Assembly (NCBI GenBank): GCA_035084275.1
Contig: CM068752.1
Span: 8,246,001-8,310,000 of the forward strand
Length of the DNA stretch: 64,000 bases
Direction of reading: 5' to 3'
Source: Hydrolagus colliei
Lineage: Eukaryota
Shown here: positions 62,179 to 64,000 of the stretch, piece by piece
Position numbering within the stretch: the stretch's first letter is position 1
Layout of the letters: each line of letters begins with the position of its first letter
Notes under the pieces: model-generated
What the model was told of the DNA's origin: nothing
What the model saw: only the letters and a program-made list of their open reading frames with translations
The model's database searches: none
Translations under genes and position numbers: made by a program

Positions 62179-63348
62179 GTGAGGTGCTTTAAAATAAACA
62201 TCACTTGTTAGTTAGGGATTCCACGGGTGTTCGCAGCAAAATTCGTAGATATATTTCTATCGGTTACTTTTTGGTTTCAGAGTTGAAGCATCTGCGAAAA
62301 AAAACAGCTGACACGCCAGTCTTCTAATATATGTATGTTGTATTTGTCCAGGCAGAAGTTGTATGCATAACGCAGTGTATTATATGTTCGTAAGTGTTTA
62401 TATATGTATACATGATCTAGATAAAAATAACCACAACAAAATACAACAGTAAATACGTAGTTGTGGCTGTATAAATTAACAGTTCTTGCATATAAACACA
62501 TGCGTCGTGCATTTAGCTTTCGGTGTATTACACTTTTAAACCAATCAAACTTGTTGTGGGAGGAATATCAGGGTTAGATTCCACCAATCTAAGAATGTTT
62601 TGCTCAGGATCTGGTTTTGTATTGCCCGTCTTATCCAAAGAGAAGTCACCGCGGTCCTCATTGCTGGTACACATTTTAACCAGGGTATTGTCACGTTTGC
62701 TATGTTATTCCTTGAAGAAACAAGTAGATGGCATTTACATTTCATTGTGTTTCTGGCGACAAAACTGTTCTTTTGTTCATTTTCAGGCATCCAAGCAAAG
62801 CCAGGTTAGATATATAGCAGTCAATGTAGAGAGAGGTTCCTTATTTGGTTCTGCCGATAGATCTCAGCAGAATTATTTGTGCGAAGTGGATGCAGCATCG
62901 TGCGTTCTGCTCAAGGTCATTTGGAGGCTCTCAGTAATCAAACTTGTTTCATTTGGAATAGTGACCAGGAAAACTCATACTGCACTTGTCAAGATACATT
63001 AGAACACATTTTACAAGAGGTGAATGGTCAATATGGTAACCTTCGGTAAAGCTCATTGCAGAATAACGTGATTATAATTGAATATCGGGATGCTAAGGCA
63101 AGTCTGTGATAGAAAAAACACACCTGTTGAATTCGGACAGAATCTTCTCTGTGTTTCTTACATTAAGTCTATATTTAATTGAGGTATGGATTGGTAGGCC
63201 TTATGGCAACAACTACAACCTTGTGCCAGTGAACTGTATTTAACAGACTGGTGAAAATATATAAGGAAATGAATTTAAAGGGTCAGTTCAATTATGGTTG
63301 TGCGCCCGTAAAGGTAAACGTACCACATTGGCTTACTCGAACGTCGTA

Positions 63349-63480
63349 GCTTTAAGAAAGGAGAGCTATTCTGATTGGTCTAGTGCGAATGTGCCTCCAT
63401 CCACCAATAAGTAGCTCGCATGTGACGGGAGATCCAGACTGCCCCCTTTTCCTTCCCATCCACCATTGCATACGAACAGA
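63349..63480 (+). promoter_or_regulatory. Variable-exon promoter module (V8)
   Basis: GCTTTAAGAA-N16-TTGG-N24-ACCAAT-N22-GATCC, then CCCCCTTTTCCTTCCCATCCACCAT. Confidence 0.8.
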
Positions 63481-63727
63481 TACACAGTAAAATGGAGAGG
63501 GAGCTGCGGATCTTTGCAGCAGATTTTGACAAAGGCTGCTAATCGTGTTTGTAGAAGAAATATGGAGTTGTTTCCGAAGTAAACTTGGAGACTGTTTTTC
63601 AAACGTACAGGTATTTACTTACAATTCAGCTCAGCTGTTTAAGGGGGGAAATGGTTGATTCATAACAGTACCAAAGGAATTATTGAACAGTGTGGGTGCT
63701 GCTGAAGGGAAATGCTTTGTGCTGGAA

Positions 63728-64000
63728 ATGGGATTTTATACAATCAATTGCCCGTTAAAACGGCGGCCGTTCTTCTTTGTGACTTTCTGCTGGTGTGTAG
63801 TTTATGGGCAAATTCGTTATTCGATCCCAGAAGAGCTACAATTGGGCGCCTTTGTTGGGAATATCGCTGACGATTTGGGTTTAGCGGTGAAACAGCTGGG
63901 GACGCGCAGTTTCCGTCTTGTGTCTGGCCCTAGGAAACAATATTTAGACGTGAATTTGGAGAATGGGATCCTGTTTGTGAAAGACAAAATTGACAGGGAA
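63728..64000 (+). CDS. Clustered protocadherin variable exon V8, 5' partial (runs off the window; absent from the ORF track)
   Basis: Hand translation: [52 protein letters not shown]...LFVKDKIDRE. Confidence 0.92.
   Translation, partial: MGFYTINCPLKRRPFFFVTFCWCVVYGQIRYSIPEELQLGAFVGNIADDLGLAVKQLGTRSFRLVSGPRKQYLDVNLENGILFVKDKIDRE

Noticed and set aside
1-64000. CRISPR array or prokaryotic/phage systems
   Set aside because: No regularly spaced direct repeats with spacers, no operon structure; the window is vertebrate DNA with spliceosomal signals

Overview
This is eukaryotic (vertebrate) genomic DNA from a clustered protocadherin (Pcdh) locus. The repeat content (L2 and CR1 LINEs, Deu-domain tRNA-SINEs, a hairpin repeat) suggests a cartilaginous fish; this is inferred, not proven. 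Bases 1-~26 kb are repeat-rich intron plus the last constant exon (19862-20139, alpha-like tail) and probable 3'UTR of an upstream subcluster. From ~30 kb to the end lie eight tandem + strand variable exons (V1-V8). Complete ones encode a signal peptide, 6 cadherin repeats, a TM segment and a variable cytoplasmic domain, and six end in a phase-0 AG|GTGAG donor. V3 is frameshifted and has no donor; V8 is cut by the window edge. Best observations: (1) a promoter grammar with rigid spacing, GCTTTAAGAA-N15/16-TTGG-N23/24-ACCAAT-N22/23-GATCC, before V2-V8 and absent from V1; (2) patchwork gene-conversion tracts among V4-V7; (3) a palindromic repeat family carrying hammerhead-ribozyme-like cores; (4) a spaced REST/NRSF-like site upstream of V1; (5) conserved out-of-frame uAUGs. 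No CRISPR arrays, rRNA or true tRNA genes were seen. All alignments and counts were done by eye.
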